Positions 9,159 to 21,713 of a stretch of 64,000 bases of DNA are shown here, piece by piece (position 1 is the first letter of the stretch; each line of letters begins with the position of its first letter). The position numbers were made by a program, and so were the translations under genes. The stretch covers positions 24,423 to 88,422 of the forward strand of contig CAMWSK010000002.1 of NCBI GenBank assembly GCA_947176895.1, written 5' to 3'. The notes beneath the pieces are model-generated. The model was not told the DNA's origin. It searched no databases and saw only the letters and a list, made by a program, of their open reading frames with translations. The DNA is from an uncultured Prevotellaceae bacterium. Lineage in GTDB: Bacteria > Bacteroidota > Bacteroidia > Bacteroidales > Bacteroidaceae.

Positions 9159-10946
9159 TCAGAACATCTTGTCAATGTCTTCACCGGCAATCACTGTCGA
9201 AACAAGACGACCGTCCGGCGTCAGATTGGGATTGTCCGACTCAAACAATTCGACAAGCAAATGCTCCATCTCCTCCTGCCGGAGCACCTGCCCCGCGACA
9301 ATGGCCGCACTTCGTGCCATGGTGAGCGCGAGCCTGTGGCTCAACTCCTCATCCAGACGGCTGCCCTCCTCGCGCAACGAGGCTATCAGATCGGAAAACA
9401 GGAGCTGCATATCCTGACAATGAAGGTCGGCAGGCACACCCTGAAGCGAAAAACTGGTGCCGCCAAGCGAGGTGATATCGAAGCCAAAGGCAGAAAGATC
9501 GTCCTGTATTTCTCGCACAAGTGACGCATCAGAGGGCGAAAACTGGAGCATCTCGGGAAAAAGAAGCTGCTGCGACACGCCGCGGCGCTCCTTGACCTGC
9601 CGGAGATACCTATCATATAATACGCGCACGTGCGCGCGACGCTGGTCGACCACCATCAATCCTTTCGAGGTTTCGGTGAGGATATATTGGCCGCGGTACT
9701 GCAAGTGGGTGTGGCTGCGCTCCGGTTCCGTGGCGGCCGGTTCGGGAAAGAGTGTTGCCTCGGGTGCCGGCTCGGTATAAAGCGACTGCCAATACGAAGC
9801 CGAAGAAGGACGCTGCGAGGGAGTGCCGACGGCAAAAGGATTGTATGAGACATCCACACGGGGAGCGGGAGCACTCCGCTCGAAAGAGGGCTTGCCCGAG
9901 AACACGGGTATCCCATCGGTCTCCGCCTCGGCATCGAACTCAATCGTCGGCACCGCATTGAACTTGCCCAATGCCTCCTTCACGGCTGCGAGCACAATCT
10001 GCCAGATGGCCTGCTCGTTCTCGAACTTAATCTCTGTCTTGGTGGGATGGATGTTGACATCGATGGTCGAAGGGTCCACGTGGAAATATAAGAAGTAGGG
10101 TACCTGCTCGGTGGCAGGAATAAGATTGTCGAAAGCCTGCTGCACGGCTTTCTGAAAATAGGGATGGCGCATGTAGCGGCCATTGACGAAGAAATATTGG
10201 GGAACGCCCCGGCGACGTGCCATGTCCGGACGCCCCACAAAGCCCCTGATCCGGCACAACGAGGTGTCCACCTCCACGTCCAGCAGGCCATCGCCGAGCC
10301 GACGGCCGGCCACCTGGGTCACGCGCTGGCGCAACGTGCCGGGCACATAGGTGTTCTGGAGCTGGCCGTTGCTGTGGAACGTGAACTGTATATCGGGATT
10401 CACAAGCACGATGCGCTCATACTCCTGAATGATGTTGCTTAGCTCGGTCTGATTGCTCTTGAGAAACTTGCGGCGGGCAGGGACATTGAAAAAGATGTTC
10501 TGCACCAGGAAACTGCTGCCCACGGGACAGGCATCTATCTCCTGCGACAGCACCTTGCCTCCCTCAATCGTCAGACAGGTACCCAGGTCCAGATCCTGTG
10601 CGTGTGTCTTCAAAGTCACCTGAGACACGGCGGCAATGCTGGGCAGGGCCTCGCCCCGGAAGCCCATCGTGCGAAGCGAGAAGAGGTCGGAGGCCTCGCG
10701 GATCTTGCTGGTGGCATGACGTTCGAAAGCCAGGCGGGCATCCGTCTCACTCATCCCCTTGCCATCGTCCACCACCATGATGCTGGTGCGGCCGGCTTCC
10801 ACAACCAGCAAATCGATGTGCCGGGCACCGGCGTCCACGGCGTTCTCCACCAGCTCCTTCACCACCGACGAAGGACGCTGTATCACCTCGCCTGCAGCTA
10901 TCTGGTTGGCAACGGAATCGGGAAGAAGATGGATAAAATCGGGCAT
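9159..10946 (-). CDS. mutL: DNA mismatch repair endonuclease MutL
   Basis: 595 aa. The N-terminus IHLLPDSVANQIAAGEVIQRPSSVVKELVENAVDAGA is the GHKL ATPase motif of MutL. Confidence 0.95.
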   Translation of the reverse strand: MPDFIHLLPDSVANQIAAGEVIQRPSSVVKELVENAVDAGARHIDLLVVEAGRTSIMVVDDGKGMSETDARLAFERHATSKIREASDLFSLRTMGFRGEALPSIAAVSQVTLKTHAQDLDLGTCLTIEGGKVLSQEIDACPVGSSFLVQNIFFNVPARRKFLKSNQTELSNIIQEYERIVLVNPDIQFTFHSNGQLQNTYVPGTLRQRVTQVAGRRLGDGLLDVEVDTSLCRIRGFVGRPDMARRRGVPQYFFVNGRYMRHPYFQKAVQQAFDNLIPATEQVPYFLYFHVDPSTIDVNIHPTKTEIKFENEQAIWQIVLAAVKEALGKFNAVPTIEFDAEAETDGIPVFSGKPSFERSAPAPRVDVSYNPFAVGTPSQRPSSASYWQSLYTEPAPEATLFPEPAATEPERSHTHLQYRGQYILTETSKGLMVVDQRRAHVRVLYDRYLRQVKERRGVSQQLLFPEMLQFSPSDASLVREIQDDLSAFGFDITSLGGTSFSLQGVPADLHCQDMQLLFSDLIASLREEGSRLDEELSHRLALTMARSAAIVAGQVLRQEEMEHLLVELFESDNPNLTPDGRLVSTVIAGEDIDKMF

Positions 10947-10968
10947 AGGTACATTATGACATATATGA

Positions 10969-11262
10969 TTAGAAACGGAAAGCGCCCACCGCGATAAAAC
11001 GCCAAAGCAGGAACAGCAACACGATGATGAAAACCAGCACGGGCCACTTCACCTTGCGCCGCATCCCGTCGGCACTGGCGCGGGGAGTAAAGTCGGCGAA
11101 ACGACCCTTATAAGAAGGTATCTCTGTGGAACTCCTCGGAGGAAGTTCTCCCATCTCACGCTTCACATCGCTCACCAACTTGTCCAGCTTTTCCTTCCTC
11201 TCATCGGAATAGATGCTGACACGGCGATATTTGCGAGGCTTTCTTGTACTAAACATTCCCAT
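10969..11262 (-). CDS. Small membrane protein, unknown function
   Basis: 97 aa with one C-terminal TM helix (WPVLVFIIVLLFLLWRFIAVGAF). It is tightly packed between the OstA-like gene and mutL on the same strand. No family recognised. Confidence 0.5.
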   Translation of the reverse strand: MGMFSTRKPRKYRRVSIYSDERKEKLDKLVSDVKREMGELPPRSSTEIPSYKGRFADFTPRASADGMRRKVKWPVLVFIIVLLFLLWRFIAVGAFRF

Positions 11263-11268
11263 ATTGCA

Positions 11269-12930
11269 CTACTTTTTCTTTCCTTCTTTTATCTCCTCCA
11301 ATGTCTGGCGAGGCGCCTTGTTGCGGACGATGGGTTTCAACTCCGTGCCCTGCTGCTTCGGACGCCAGTTGAAGACATCCTCGGGATACGCGGGACGCAC
11401 ATAATCGAACCAGGCGAAATTCTCAAGATAGAGCACATCCGCGGGCACCTGCATCACCGGATACATCGTGCCCGTAGCCTGGGGCATCCAGATACGGCTC
11501 ACCTTGCGGTTCTTCATCCACATCTTCATCTCCGAGCTCTCCACATGATTCATCCCGATCATCAGAGAATCATCGTCGAATGGAAAAAAATTGACATACA
11601 CATTGCGGTCGGCCACCATCAGGTGTATCTCGCCATCCTTGAAATAGGTACGTATCTCGTTACTCGCTATCTGATTGTAGTTCTTATCGTCCAGCCGCTC
11701 CACGCTCAGCGCCTGACGCATGACGTATGCGCTGTCTATCGTGCTGTCGTTGTGCCAGGCACGTATCTCCTCGCCCAGCAATTGCTGGCCTTCCTGCCAC
11801 ACAATGGGATCCTTGTACATGATGCCGCAGGAGTCCTTGCCATGGTACACGAGCGAATCACACACCGCCTGGATATCCTTTCGGTAGACTCTCACACGGT
11901 GATAGGCCCTCATGTCGCGGTAGACACTGTCCGTATTTATATTATAGGTATATAGGAAGAAGCTGTCGGCATGGGCATACAGGGTGTCTTTCTGAGAATA
12001 GTCTATCAGCAAGGCGCTGTCCGCCGCCTCGGCATATCCCGTGGAATCATTGTAAAGCACATAATTGCCCAGGAAGATGTTCTTGTTAAGTGTATCCTTG
12101 TAATAGGCGTCTCCAAAGGCCTTGCCCACCCGTTCCTGCTCATTCCAATAGATGCTGTCGCCCTCCAACGCGCGATAACCGTTCTGCAATATGCTGCGAT
12201 TGAGCAAAAAAGCCTCCTTGTTCTTCGTGTCGTAGATGCCCCGCTCGGTGTAAATATGGTTTTCGGCATTGTCGATGTTGCTGGGGCCATAGACGATGGC
12301 CACCCCCGTACGTGTGTTGTAGTGCAGGGTGTCTGTTATCAAGGTTGTTTTGACGGGATGAGGAGGACGGGGATTCTGCAACAAGACGTTATAATTAAAG
12401 ACAGCCTCGCGGGTGGATGGCATGTACTCGCCCCACACACTTGTCAGTTGGTTCTCCTCATCGACCAGTCTGCCGCCATCAAAGAAATAACCTTTCCCCT
12501 CGATACGGTCATAGTCAAGCGAATCCGTGTAAAGAGTGGAATTGCGATGCTTCAACACCACATTGTCGCGCACCCTGGCCCTGCGCACCTGCTCATCACC
12601 ATCATAAAAGAGAGTCTCTCCGGTGAGCGAAAGCGTGTCGCCCTGCACCATACGCACATGGCCGAAAGCATCAAAGGAATTGGTCTGCTTATAAAACAAA
12701 GCACTGTCGCAATACATATAGGCTCCGTCATGTTCAAACTGCACATTACCCACAAGGAATTGCGCCAAAGGATTGATACGGACATCAAAATACAGCTTGT
12801 CGGCATGCAACAGATTAACGGGAGACGGCTCCTCCTTCTTATGGTTCTCCTTGGCTATACCATAAACTAAGGAACTGACCCCCAAGGCAAAAATGCCAAA
12901 CACAAGCCATGCCCTGATTTGCTGCCTCAT
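11269..12930 (-). CDS. OstA/LptA-like domain protein (LPS transport-related, periplasmic, N-terminally anchored)
   Basis: The track ORF starts at a TTG (12939). I prefer ATG 12930, which overlaps the upstream stop as ATGA. One N-terminal TM helix is followed by repeated beta-strand modules of the kind seen in Bacteroidota OstA-like proteins (GNVQFEHDGAYMYCDSALFY..., GHVRMVQGDTLSLTGETLFYDG...). Confidence 0.7.
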   Translation of the reverse strand: MRQQIRAWLVFGIFALGVSSLVYGIAKENHKKEEPSPVNLLHADKLYFDVRINPLAQFLVGNVQFEHDGAYMYCDSALFYKQTNSFDAFGHVRMVQGDTLSLTGETLFYDGDEQVRRARVRDNVVLKHRNSTLYTDSLDYDRIEGKGYFFDGGRLVDEENQLTSVWGEYMPSTREAVFNYNVLLQNPRPPHPVKTTLITDTLHYNTRTGVAIVYGPSNIDNAENHIYTERGIYDTKNKEAFLLNRSILQNGYRALEGDSIYWNEQERVGKAFGDAYYKDTLNKNIFLGNYVLYNDSTGYAEAADSALLIDYSQKDTLYAHADSFFLYTYNINTDSVYRDMRAYHRVRVYRKDIQAVCDSLVYHGKDSCGIMYKDPIVWQEGQQLLGEEIRAWHNDSTIDSAYVMRQALSVERLDDKNYNQIASNEIRTYFKDGEIHLMVADRNVYVNFFPFDDDSLMIGMNHVESSEMKMWMKNRKVSRIWMPQATGTMYPVMQVPADVLYLENFAWFDYVRPAYPEDVFNWRPKQQGTELKPIVRNKAPRQTLEEIKEGKKK

Positions 12931-14300
12931 CGAATCCAACCGGGATATTCAAAATCGCAATCGCGCCACTTCTCGTTGATACGCACGTATGTAGTCCTTT
13001 GCTTATCAACAATCCACTCGCGTATTTTTTCCTGCTTCTTCCGGTTCAACACAATACTCTGAAGCAGAGGGAAATCCTCGGTAAGCGATGCTCTGTGTGC
13101 CTTCGTCCGGCTCTTCAACTTCACGATGGCACACACCGTCTTCATGTTGGTGTACACCATCTCAAAGGGCTTGGAAATCTCGCCGACCTCCAGGCCTTCC
13201 ACCTGACGGGCCAGTTCCGTGGAGACATTGCTCAACTCGCCCATCTCAAACTTTGAGACACGCGAACGGGAACCATCCTCGTCCACCTTCAGATTCGTCA
13301 GCAGGCCGCGGTTGTTCTTCGTATCCTTATCATCGCTGATTACCGTGGCTCCTTCCTCGAAAGTGAACTTCCCTGCACGGATGTCATCGGCAATGCTGTC
13401 AAGACGTGCCAGACAAGCATCCACATCCTCGCGAGCCACCTTGGGGGTACGCAGGATATGGCGCACCTTCACTTTGTCACCACGCTTATCAATCAATTGG
13501 ATAATATGGTAGCCATACTCGCTCTGCACCACTTTGGAAATCTTCTCCGTGTCTGTCAGACTGAAAGCAACGCTGGCAAAAGCAGGATCAAGAGCCGATC
13601 GGCCCGCATAATCAATTTCTCCTCCCTGATGCGCAGAACCGGAATCCTCACTATAAAGAATGGCTAAAGTAGAAAAAGACATACCGCCGTTCTGCACACG
13701 GTCGGCATAGCCTCGCAGTTCATCCTTGATGCGGTCAATCTCTGCCTGCGGGATGCGGGGATGTTGCACCAGTATCTCCACCTCCACCTGTGTAGGCACC
13801 AAAGGCAGGCTGTCCTCGGGCATGTCACGGAAATAGCGGCGGACCTCTGCGGGCGTCACACGCACATCCTCCGTGAGCTTCTGGCGCATCCGCTGCACCA
13901 CCATTTCATCTTTAAATCGATCGCACAGTTCTTCACGAATCTGCGAGACGGAACGGTTCATATATTCCTCCAGTTTCTCCTTACTGCCTGCACGCATCAC
14001 CCAATCGTTGATACGCTCCTCCACCATAGAGTTCACTTCTGCATCAGTGACCGATATGCTATCGATTGCTGCCTGATGCAAAAACAATTTTTGGATGGCG
14101 AGGCGCTCGGGGATGACGCAATAAGGATTGCCCTTGATCGAATTCCAGTCAGGGTCGGCACGCATGCTCTCCACATCGCTCTTCAGGATGGCCTCGTCAC
14201 CAACCACCCAAATCACCTCGTCCACCACATTGTCCAAGGCTTGAGCCTTGATTGACAACTGGACGAAAAGGGCAAAAAACAGGATTATATACTTCTTCAT
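12927..14300 (-). CDS. Periplasmic chaperone / peptidyl-prolyl isomerase, SurA-like
   Basis: 457 aa. Signal peptide MKKYIILFFALFVQLSIKAQ. A parvulin-type PPIase block is present (GGEIDYAGRSALDPAFASVAFSL...YGYHIIQL). Confidence 0.85.
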   Translation of the reverse strand: MKKYIILFFALFVQLSIKAQALDNVVDEVIWVVGDEAILKSDVESMRADPDWNSIKGNPYCVIPERLAIQKLFLHQAAIDSISVTDAEVNSMVEERINDWVMRAGSKEKLEEYMNRSVSQIREELCDRFKDEMVVQRMRQKLTEDVRVTPAEVRRYFRDMPEDSLPLVPTQVEVEILVQHPRIPQAEIDRIKDELRGYADRVQNGGMSFSTLAILYSEDSGSAHQGGEIDYAGRSALDPAFASVAFSLTDTEKISKVVQSEYGYHIIQLIDKRGDKVKVRHILRTPKVAREDVDACLARLDSIADDIRAGKFTFEEGATVISDDKDTKNNRGLLTNLKVDEDGSRSRVSKFEMGELSNVSTELARQVEGLEVGEISKPFEMVYTNMKTVCAIVKLKSRTKAHRASLTEDFPLLQSIVLNRKKQEKIREWIVDKQRTTYVRINEKWRDCDFEYPGWIR

Positions 14301-14350
14301 TCCGATAACAAGTTCATTGCTATAATATGTTCACTGCCGACAACAAGGAA

Positions 14351-15772
14351 TCAGTGATTATTTACGGTTTTGAGCACATCGTCATACACCTCAACGACAT
14401 ACTTCTCGCGAAGTTCCTTCACAGCCTTCTCTTCGCATGCCGCACGATAATCGTTCTTCACCTGGGAAGCCACATCAATCATCTTCTTCGGCCCCTTCTT
14501 GAGCTTGCGTCCCACAACACCGGTGTAGGGATAATCTGCACGGGGCACGGTCTTGCCCTGCTTCACGCCAAAGACCAGGCTGTCGACACTTGCATTTTCG
14601 CCTTTGATGAACAAGCGCTGCTCCATGCGAACAGTCACACTATCGGCATTCATCTGTCTGCGGACCTCTGAAGTCCAATCCTTCTCGTCCACGCGCTTCA
14701 GCAGTTTCTTCACCGCCTTCACGTCACCGGGTTGCCGGGTGTAATAGAGCATGCCATAGAAATGGGGCGTGTCCCACTTATAGCGTTTCTTGTTCTTCTT
14801 GAAGAACTGCTCCATGCCGGAAGAATCGCGTTCCGCGGGATCCCAAATATGCGTTTTGCAGTATTCATAAAGCAAAAGTCCGTCGTGGTACTCCTGAACC
14901 AGATATTTCAAGTCATTGTCTTGGGCGCAAAGACGTTCCGATTCCTGATCCATCAAATCCTCCGGCGAAATACCTTGCCGGCGAGCCATAGAATCCACCG
15001 ATGCTTTCGCCAAGCGTTCGTTCAAGCCCCGAGATTCAAGATAATTGAGTATCTGAGGACGCAACGTGTCGTAAGGCTCAAGCGGTTTCACATCATTCAG
15101 ACGAACGATATGATAGCCCACTGAAGACAAGAAAGGCTCGCTCAGTTGTCCTTTCTCTAATTTATACATCACGGTCTCGAAGTCGGGAATCAGTTGCCCG
15201 GGACCACACCACATGAGTTCGCCTCCACGAGCGGCCGTCCGGGGGTCTTCACTGAATTTTTTGGCTGTCTCGGCAAAATCACCGCCTTCCTGCAGCACCT
15301 TATACAAACTGTCGATTCGGGCTTTTTGCTTATCCTGCTGTTCTTGAGAATCATTCTGCGACACCCGCAAAAAAATGTGAGCAGGCAGACGCAAATCCTT
15401 CCCGTTCAAAGCATCCAGCATCTGCTGATAATAGGCTTTCGTCTCCTGTTCACGATCAATGTCCGTCACCAACAAAGGGAGTATCTGTTGGTCGCGATAC
15501 ATCCGGAACTCGGCCTGGTAGGCGCTCAGCGTATCCATACGGGCATCAAGAGCGGCCTGAACCTTCAGACGATAGTCGATGAACATCGGGACGTACTCCT
15601 CCAAGGCCTTTGCATCAAGGACATCTTCAGAATTGTTCTTGTTGAAGTTATACTCCAGTTCCGACCTTGTCACGCTGTGGTCACCCACACGCATTACAAT
15701 GGGGTCAGCCTGTTGGGCTTGCGCCACAAAGGCACAAGCCGACAAACAAGCGGTTAATACGATTCGGTACAT
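14351..15772 (-). CDS. Peptidyl-prolyl cis-trans isomerase (parvulin/PpiC type), secreted
   Basis: Track ORF trimmed to ATG 15772 (MYRIVLTACLSACAFVAQAQ signal). The longer version would overlap guaB. PPIase block GGELMWCGPGQLIPDFETVMYKLEKGQLSEPFLSSVGYHIVRL. Confidence 0.85.
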   Translation of the reverse strand: MYRIVLTACLSACAFVAQAQQADPIVMRVGDHSVTRSELEYNFNKNNSEDVLDAKALEEYVPMFIDYRLKVQAALDARMDTLSAYQAEFRMYRDQQILPLLVTDIDREQETKAYYQQMLDALNGKDLRLPAHIFLRVSQNDSQEQQDKQKARIDSLYKVLQEGGDFAETAKKFSEDPRTAARGGELMWCGPGQLIPDFETVMYKLEKGQLSEPFLSSVGYHIVRLNDVKPLEPYDTLRPQILNYLESRGLNERLAKASVDSMARRQGISPEDLMDQESERLCAQDNDLKYLVQEYHDGLLLYEYCKTHIWDPAERDSSGMEQFFKKNKKRYKWDTPHFYGMLYYTRQPGDVKAVKKLLKRVDEKDWTSEVRRQMNADSVTVRMEQRLFIKGENASVDSLVFGVKQGKTVPRADYPYTGVVGRKLKKGPKKMIDVASQVKNDYRAACEEKAVKELREKYVVEVYDDVLKTVNNH

Positions 15773-15785
15773 TCTAATTATCGGT

Positions 15786-17360
<1,575 letters not shown>

Positions 17361-19529
17361 TCAGTTAGCCATCTCGCTAAGGAACTTGATTCGTACGAGG
17401 CGGATTTCCTGTTCACTATAAGCATCTCCCCACTCCTTCATGGCCTCATCCAAATCTCCCGTTTCCGACTCCCGGAAATATTCATACACCTCATCGATGT
17501 CCTCAACATCCATAAACTCTTCCAAATAGTAGTCGATGTTCAGCTTTACCCCGCTCTGCACAATCGTCTCAATCTCGGCAAGCAATTCGTCCAGCGAGAT
17601 ACTCATGGCACGCGCAATGTCGTCGAGAGCCAGTTTGCGGTCTATTTTCTGGATGATGGTCACCTTGCCCACACTCTTATTGATAAGTGTACGCACGCGC
17701 TGATTGTCGGGACGCACAATCTCCTCCTCCTCACAATAACGGGCTATGAGGTCACAAAATTCCTTGCCGTATCGTTTGGCCTTTCCCTCTCCCACGCCGG
17801 GAATGTTGAGCAGTTCCTCCTGTGTGATGGGATAATAGGTAGCCATAGCCTCTATCGACACGTCCTGAAACACCACATAGGGGGGCACATCGTTGCGGCG
17901 GGCCACACTGCGGCGCAAGTCGCGAAGCATTCCGGCCAGCGTACTGTCCAAAGCGGTCGGTGTCACAACAGGTTCATCGTCGTCATCGCAGAAATCCCTC
18001 ATTTCCGCCATGTGAAACTCGGTGGGATTCCGCATGAAGTCCTCGCCCTTGGGGGTCAGCTTCAACACGCCATAGTTCTCCACTTCTTTCAGCACATAAT
18101 CAAACACAACAGCCTGGCGAATCAGAGTATTCCAATACCGCGGAGGATTATCCCCACCCAAGCCAAAGACTTTCAAATGATTATGATTCTGCATCATCAC
18201 ATCTTCGGTGGACCGGCCTATGAGCACATCCACAATATGCTCTATGCGAAAGCGTTGTTTTGTCTCAAGTATCACGCGAAGCACCTTCACCAAGTCGCGC
18301 GACACTTCGACATATGTATGCTTGCGGTCACAGTTGTCGCACATACCGCAGTTGCCACGGTCGTAACGTTCACCGAAATAGTGGAGCAACGTCTTGCGGC
18401 GGCACACCGAACTCTCGGCGTATCCGGCAGTCTCCTGCAGCAGTTGTCGCCCGATTTCCTGTTCACTCACAGGCTTCCCCTCCATAAACTTCTCCAGCTT
18501 CTTCAGGTCCTTCTGAGTATAGAAGGCCAGGCAATAGCCCTCGCCCCCATCACGCCCGGCACGGCCCGTCTCCTGGTAATAGCCCTCCAGGCTCTTGGGA
18601 ATGTCGTAATGAATGACATAACGCACATCAGGTTTGTCTATGCCCATGCCAAAGGCCACCGTAGCCACAATGACATCGACACGCTCCATCAGGAAATCGT
18701 CCTGCGTCTGGCTGCGCTGGGCGGCCTCCATTCCGGCATGATAAGCGCGGGCAGACACTTTGTTCACCTGCAGGAACTCGGCCAGCTCCTCCACCCTCTT
18801 GCGGCTAAGACAATAGATGATACCGCTCTTCCCGGAACGCTGCCGCACAAACTTCACGATGTCCTTCTCCACATCTTTCGTTTTGGGACGCACCTCATAA
18901 TACAGGTTGGGACGATTAAAAGAGCTCTTGAACACCGAGACCCCTGTCATGCCAAGCGTCTTCAGGATGTCGGCTTTCACCTTGTCGGTGGCTGTGGCCG
19001 TAAGTGCAATGACCGCATGCTGACCGATTTGCGTAATCATCTGGCGTATCTTGCGGTACTCCGGACGGAAGTCATGCCCCCACTCCGAGATGCAGTGCGC
19101 CTCGTCCACGGCATAAAACGAAATGTCGATACTTTTGAAAAAAGCCACGTTCTCCGCCTTGTTCAGACTTTCGGGCGCCACATACAACAATTTGGTACGA
19201 CCACCAAGCACATCCCCCTTCACCCGATCCACATCCTGACGTGTAAGCGACGAATTCAGAAAATGTGCGACGCCATCATCCTCACAGACCATACGGATGG
19301 CATCCACCTGGTTCTTCATCAAAGCGATAAGGGGCGATATGACAATAGCCGTGCCCGGCATAAGCAAGGCGGGCAGCTGATAGCACAGACTTTTTCCGCC
19401 ACCTGTGGGCATCAGCACAAAGGTGTCTTTTCCGGCCAGCACGTTGCGGATAATGGTCTCTTGTTCGCCCTTAAACGTGTCAAAGCCGAAATAGCGCTTC
19501 AGTTCCTGATTCAAATCTCTATCTTCCAT
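17361..19529 (-). CDS. recQ: ATP-dependent DNA helicase RecQ
   Basis: 722 aa. FGFDTFKGEQETII, Walker A MPTGGGKSLCYQLPAL, DEAH box VDEAHCISEWGHDFRPEY, plus RQC and HRDC-like C-terminal regions. Confidence 0.95.
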   Translation of the reverse strand: MEDRDLNQELKRYFGFDTFKGEQETIIRNVLAGKDTFVLMPTGGGKSLCYQLPALLMPGTAIVISPLIALMKNQVDAIRMVCEDDGVAHFLNSSLTRQDVDRVKGDVLGGRTKLLYVAPESLNKAENVAFFKSIDISFYAVDEAHCISEWGHDFRPEYRKIRQMITQIGQHAVIALTATATDKVKADILKTLGMTGVSVFKSSFNRPNLYYEVRPKTKDVEKDIVKFVRQRSGKSGIIYCLSRKRVEELAEFLQVNKVSARAYHAGMEAAQRSQTQDDFLMERVDVIVATVAFGMGIDKPDVRYVIHYDIPKSLEGYYQETGRAGRDGGEGYCLAFYTQKDLKKLEKFMEGKPVSEQEIGRQLLQETAGYAESSVCRRKTLLHYFGERYDRGNCGMCDNCDRKHTYVEVSRDLVKVLRVILETKQRFRIEHIVDVLIGRSTEDVMMQNHNHLKVFGLGGDNPPRYWNTLIRQAVVFDYVLKEVENYGVLKLTPKGEDFMRNPTEFHMAEMRDFCDDDDEPVVTPTALDSTLAGMLRDLRRSVARRNDVPPYVVFQDVSIEAMATYYPITQEELLNIPGVGEGKAKRYGKEFCDLIARYCEEEEIVRPDNQRVRTLINKSVGKVTIIQKIDRKLALDDIARAMSISLDELLAEIETIVQSGVKLNIDYYLEEFMDVEDIDEVYEYFRESETGDLDEAMKEWGDAYSEQEIRLVRIKFLSEMAN

Positions 19530-19616
19530 GGAATACGGCTATTCCTTGTCGCCATAACAAAAATAAATATTTTTTGCCAATAAAACAATCTTTTTAGAAC
19601 TTTTTTGTTGTCGGGC

Positions 19617-19657
19617 AGAAAAAAAAGGAGACCTGCCGGCTAAAGCGGAAGGTCTCC
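19617..19657 (-). terminator. Rho-independent terminator after clpX
   Basis: Stem GGAGACCT/AGGTCTCC around a 15-nt loop. On the minus strand it is followed by a run of nine T. Confidence 0.75.
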
Positions 19658-19667
19658 ATTTTAGTAT

Positions 19668-20918
19668 TTACTGCATTGCTTCGGCGGGAAGGGACTTCTC
19701 CAATTGTTGCCGGGCATAATCCCTCGTCACCGTGATGTCTTTTTGTTTTCCCGTAGGGGCTTCGTATTGAAGGTCCATCATCACGCTCTCCATGATGCTG
19801 CGTAACCCTCGGGCACCCAACTTATACTCCACGGCCTTGTCCACCATATATTCCAGAGCGTCGTCATCGAAACGGAGTTTGATGCCGTCCATCTCAAAAA
19901 GCTTTATCTGCTGCTTAACCAGCGAGTTCTTCGGCTCGGTGAGGATACTGCGCAGAGCGGTACGGTCCAGAGGGTTCAGATAAGTGAGCACAGGCAGACG
20001 ACCGATGATTTCAGGAATCAGACCAAAACTCTTCAAGTCCTGAGGCAGGATATACTTCATCAGATTACCCTTATCCATGTGACGGACGTTCTGCACCGAA
20101 TTGTAGCCCACCACGTGGGTGTTCATGCGCTGGGCAATCTTCTTCTCGATGCCGTCGAACGCACCTCCACAGATGAACAGGATATTGCGCGTGTCCACAT
20201 GGATATAATCCTGGTCGGGATGCTTGCGCCCGCCCTTGGGCGGCACGTTCACCACGCTTCCCTCCAGCAGTTTCAACAAACCCTGCTGCACACCCTCTCC
20301 GCTCACGTCACGCGTGATGCTGGGATTGTCGCTCTTACGGGCAATCTTGTCAATCTCGTCAATGAACACGATGCCGCGCTGTGTCTGCTCCAAATCGAAG
20401 TCTGCCACCTGAAGCAATCGGCTCAGGATACTCTCCACGTCCTCGCCCACATAACCGGCCTCGGTGAACACGGTAGCGTCGACGATGGTGAAAGGCACCT
20501 TCAGCAACTTGGCAATGGTGCGTGCCATCAAGGTTTTTCCCGTTCCGGTGCTGCCCACCATGATGATGTTGCTCTTCTCGATCTCCACGCCATCGTCGTC
20601 CTTCTGCTGTGCCAGTCGTTTGTAGTGATTGTACACGCTCACGGCCAGATAACGCTTGGCGTCATCCTGCCCGATGACGTATTGGTCAAGATATGCCTTG
20701 ATTTCGGCCGGGCGGGGCAAGCCCTTCATATCAAAATCCTCATGTTGCTTCTCCGGATCGTTGCCCGTGCCCATGTGAACCTCTACAATCTCCTGGGCCG
20801 CCTTCACGCAATCGCTACAGATATAGCCATTGAGACCCGTGATAATCAGGGGCACATCGCTTTCCGGACGGCCACAGAAGGAGCATACACGCCGATTGGT
20901 GTCTTTTGTTCTTGCCAC
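19668..20918 (-). CDS. clpX: ATP-dependent Clp protease ATP-binding subunit ClpX
   Basis: 416 aa. Zinc-finger [26 protein letters not shown], Walker A GSTGTGKT, Walker [10 protein letters not shown]. The start codon is GTG, 7 nt after the clpP stop. Confidence 0.96.
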   Translation of the reverse strand: MARTKDTNRRVCSFCGRPESDVPLIITGLNGYICSDCVKAAQEIVEVHMGTGNDPEKQHEDFDMKGLPRPAEIKAYLDQYVIGQDDAKRYLAVSVYNHYKRLAQQKDDDGVEIEKSNIIMVGSTGTGKTLMARTIAKLLKVPFTIVDATVFTEAGYVGEDVESILSRLLQVADFDLEQTQRGIVFIDEIDKIARKSDNPSITRDVSGEGVQQGLLKLLEGSVVNVPPKGGRKHPDQDYIHVDTRNILFICGGAFDGIEKKIAQRMNTHVVGYNSVQNVRHMDKGNLMKYILPQDLKSFGLIPEIIGRLPVLTYLNPLDRTALRSILTEPKNSLVKQQIKLFEMDGIKLRFDDDALEYMVDKAVEYKLGARGLRSIMESVMMDLQYEAPTGKQKDITVTRDYARQQLEKSLPAEAMQ

Positions 20919-20925
20919 TTTATTC

Positions 20926-21597
20926 TTACTTCTTGTTGTTGAGAATAGTATCGATCATGCCATAGTCCAAAGCCTCCTGACTGGTCATCCAATAGTCACG
21001 GTCGCTGTCGGCCCACACCTTGTCGAAGGGCTGATGGCTGTGGTCGGCAATAATCGTGTAAAGCTCGCTCTTCAGCTTTTGAATCTCGCGGGCAGTGATC
21101 TCGATATCACTGGCCTGACCTTGCGCTCCTCCCATGGGCTGGTGAATCATCACACGGCTGTGGGGCAACGCGCTGCGCTTGCCTTCGGCTCCCGCCACCA
21201 GCAGGACGGCGGCCATGGAGGCGGCCATACCCGTGCAGATGGTGGCCACGGGGCTTTGGATGAACTGCATGGTATCGTAAATGCCCAGTCCGGCATACAC
21301 GCTGCCGCCGGGGCTGTTGACATAGATGCTGATATCCTTGCCGGGGTCAGTGCTGTCCAGATAGAGCAACTGGGCCTGCAGGGTGTTGGCCGTGTAGTCG
21401 TCTATCTGCGTGCCCAAGAAGATGATACGGTCCATCATCAGGCGCGAGAACACATCCATCTGGGTCACGTTCAACTGGCGCTCCTCCAGGATGTAGGGAT
21501 TCAGATACTGGTTCTGCATGCTCACCACATCGTCGAGCACCATACCGTTCAAGCCTTGCTTGCCGGTGGCAAACTTTCTGAAATCGTTGTACATCAT
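20926..21597 (-). CDS. clpP: ATP-dependent Clp protease proteolytic subunit ClpP
   Basis: 223 aa. RIIFLGTQIDD, active-site region CTGMAASMAAVLL, and HSRVMIHQP. Confidence 0.96.
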   Translation of the reverse strand: MMYNDFRKFATGKQGLNGMVLDDVVSMQNQYLNPYILEERQLNVTQMDVFSRLMMDRIIFLGTQIDDYTANTLQAQLLYLDSTDPGKDISIYVNSPGGSVYAGLGIYDTMQFIQSPVATICTGMAASMAAVLLVAGAEGKRSALPHSRVMIHQPMGGAQGQASDIEITAREIQKLKSELYTIIADHSHQPFDKVWADSDRDYWMTSQEALDYGMIDTILNNKK

Positions 21598-21713
21598 TTT
21601 GCGGTTGTTTCTCTTCGTTTAGACAATATATAATAGGTATGGTTAAGGCGCGGAGGCGGCTGACCTCGCGTTGGGGTCGGCCGCCTCCGTCACTCTGTTG
21701 CCGTTTGTCGGTT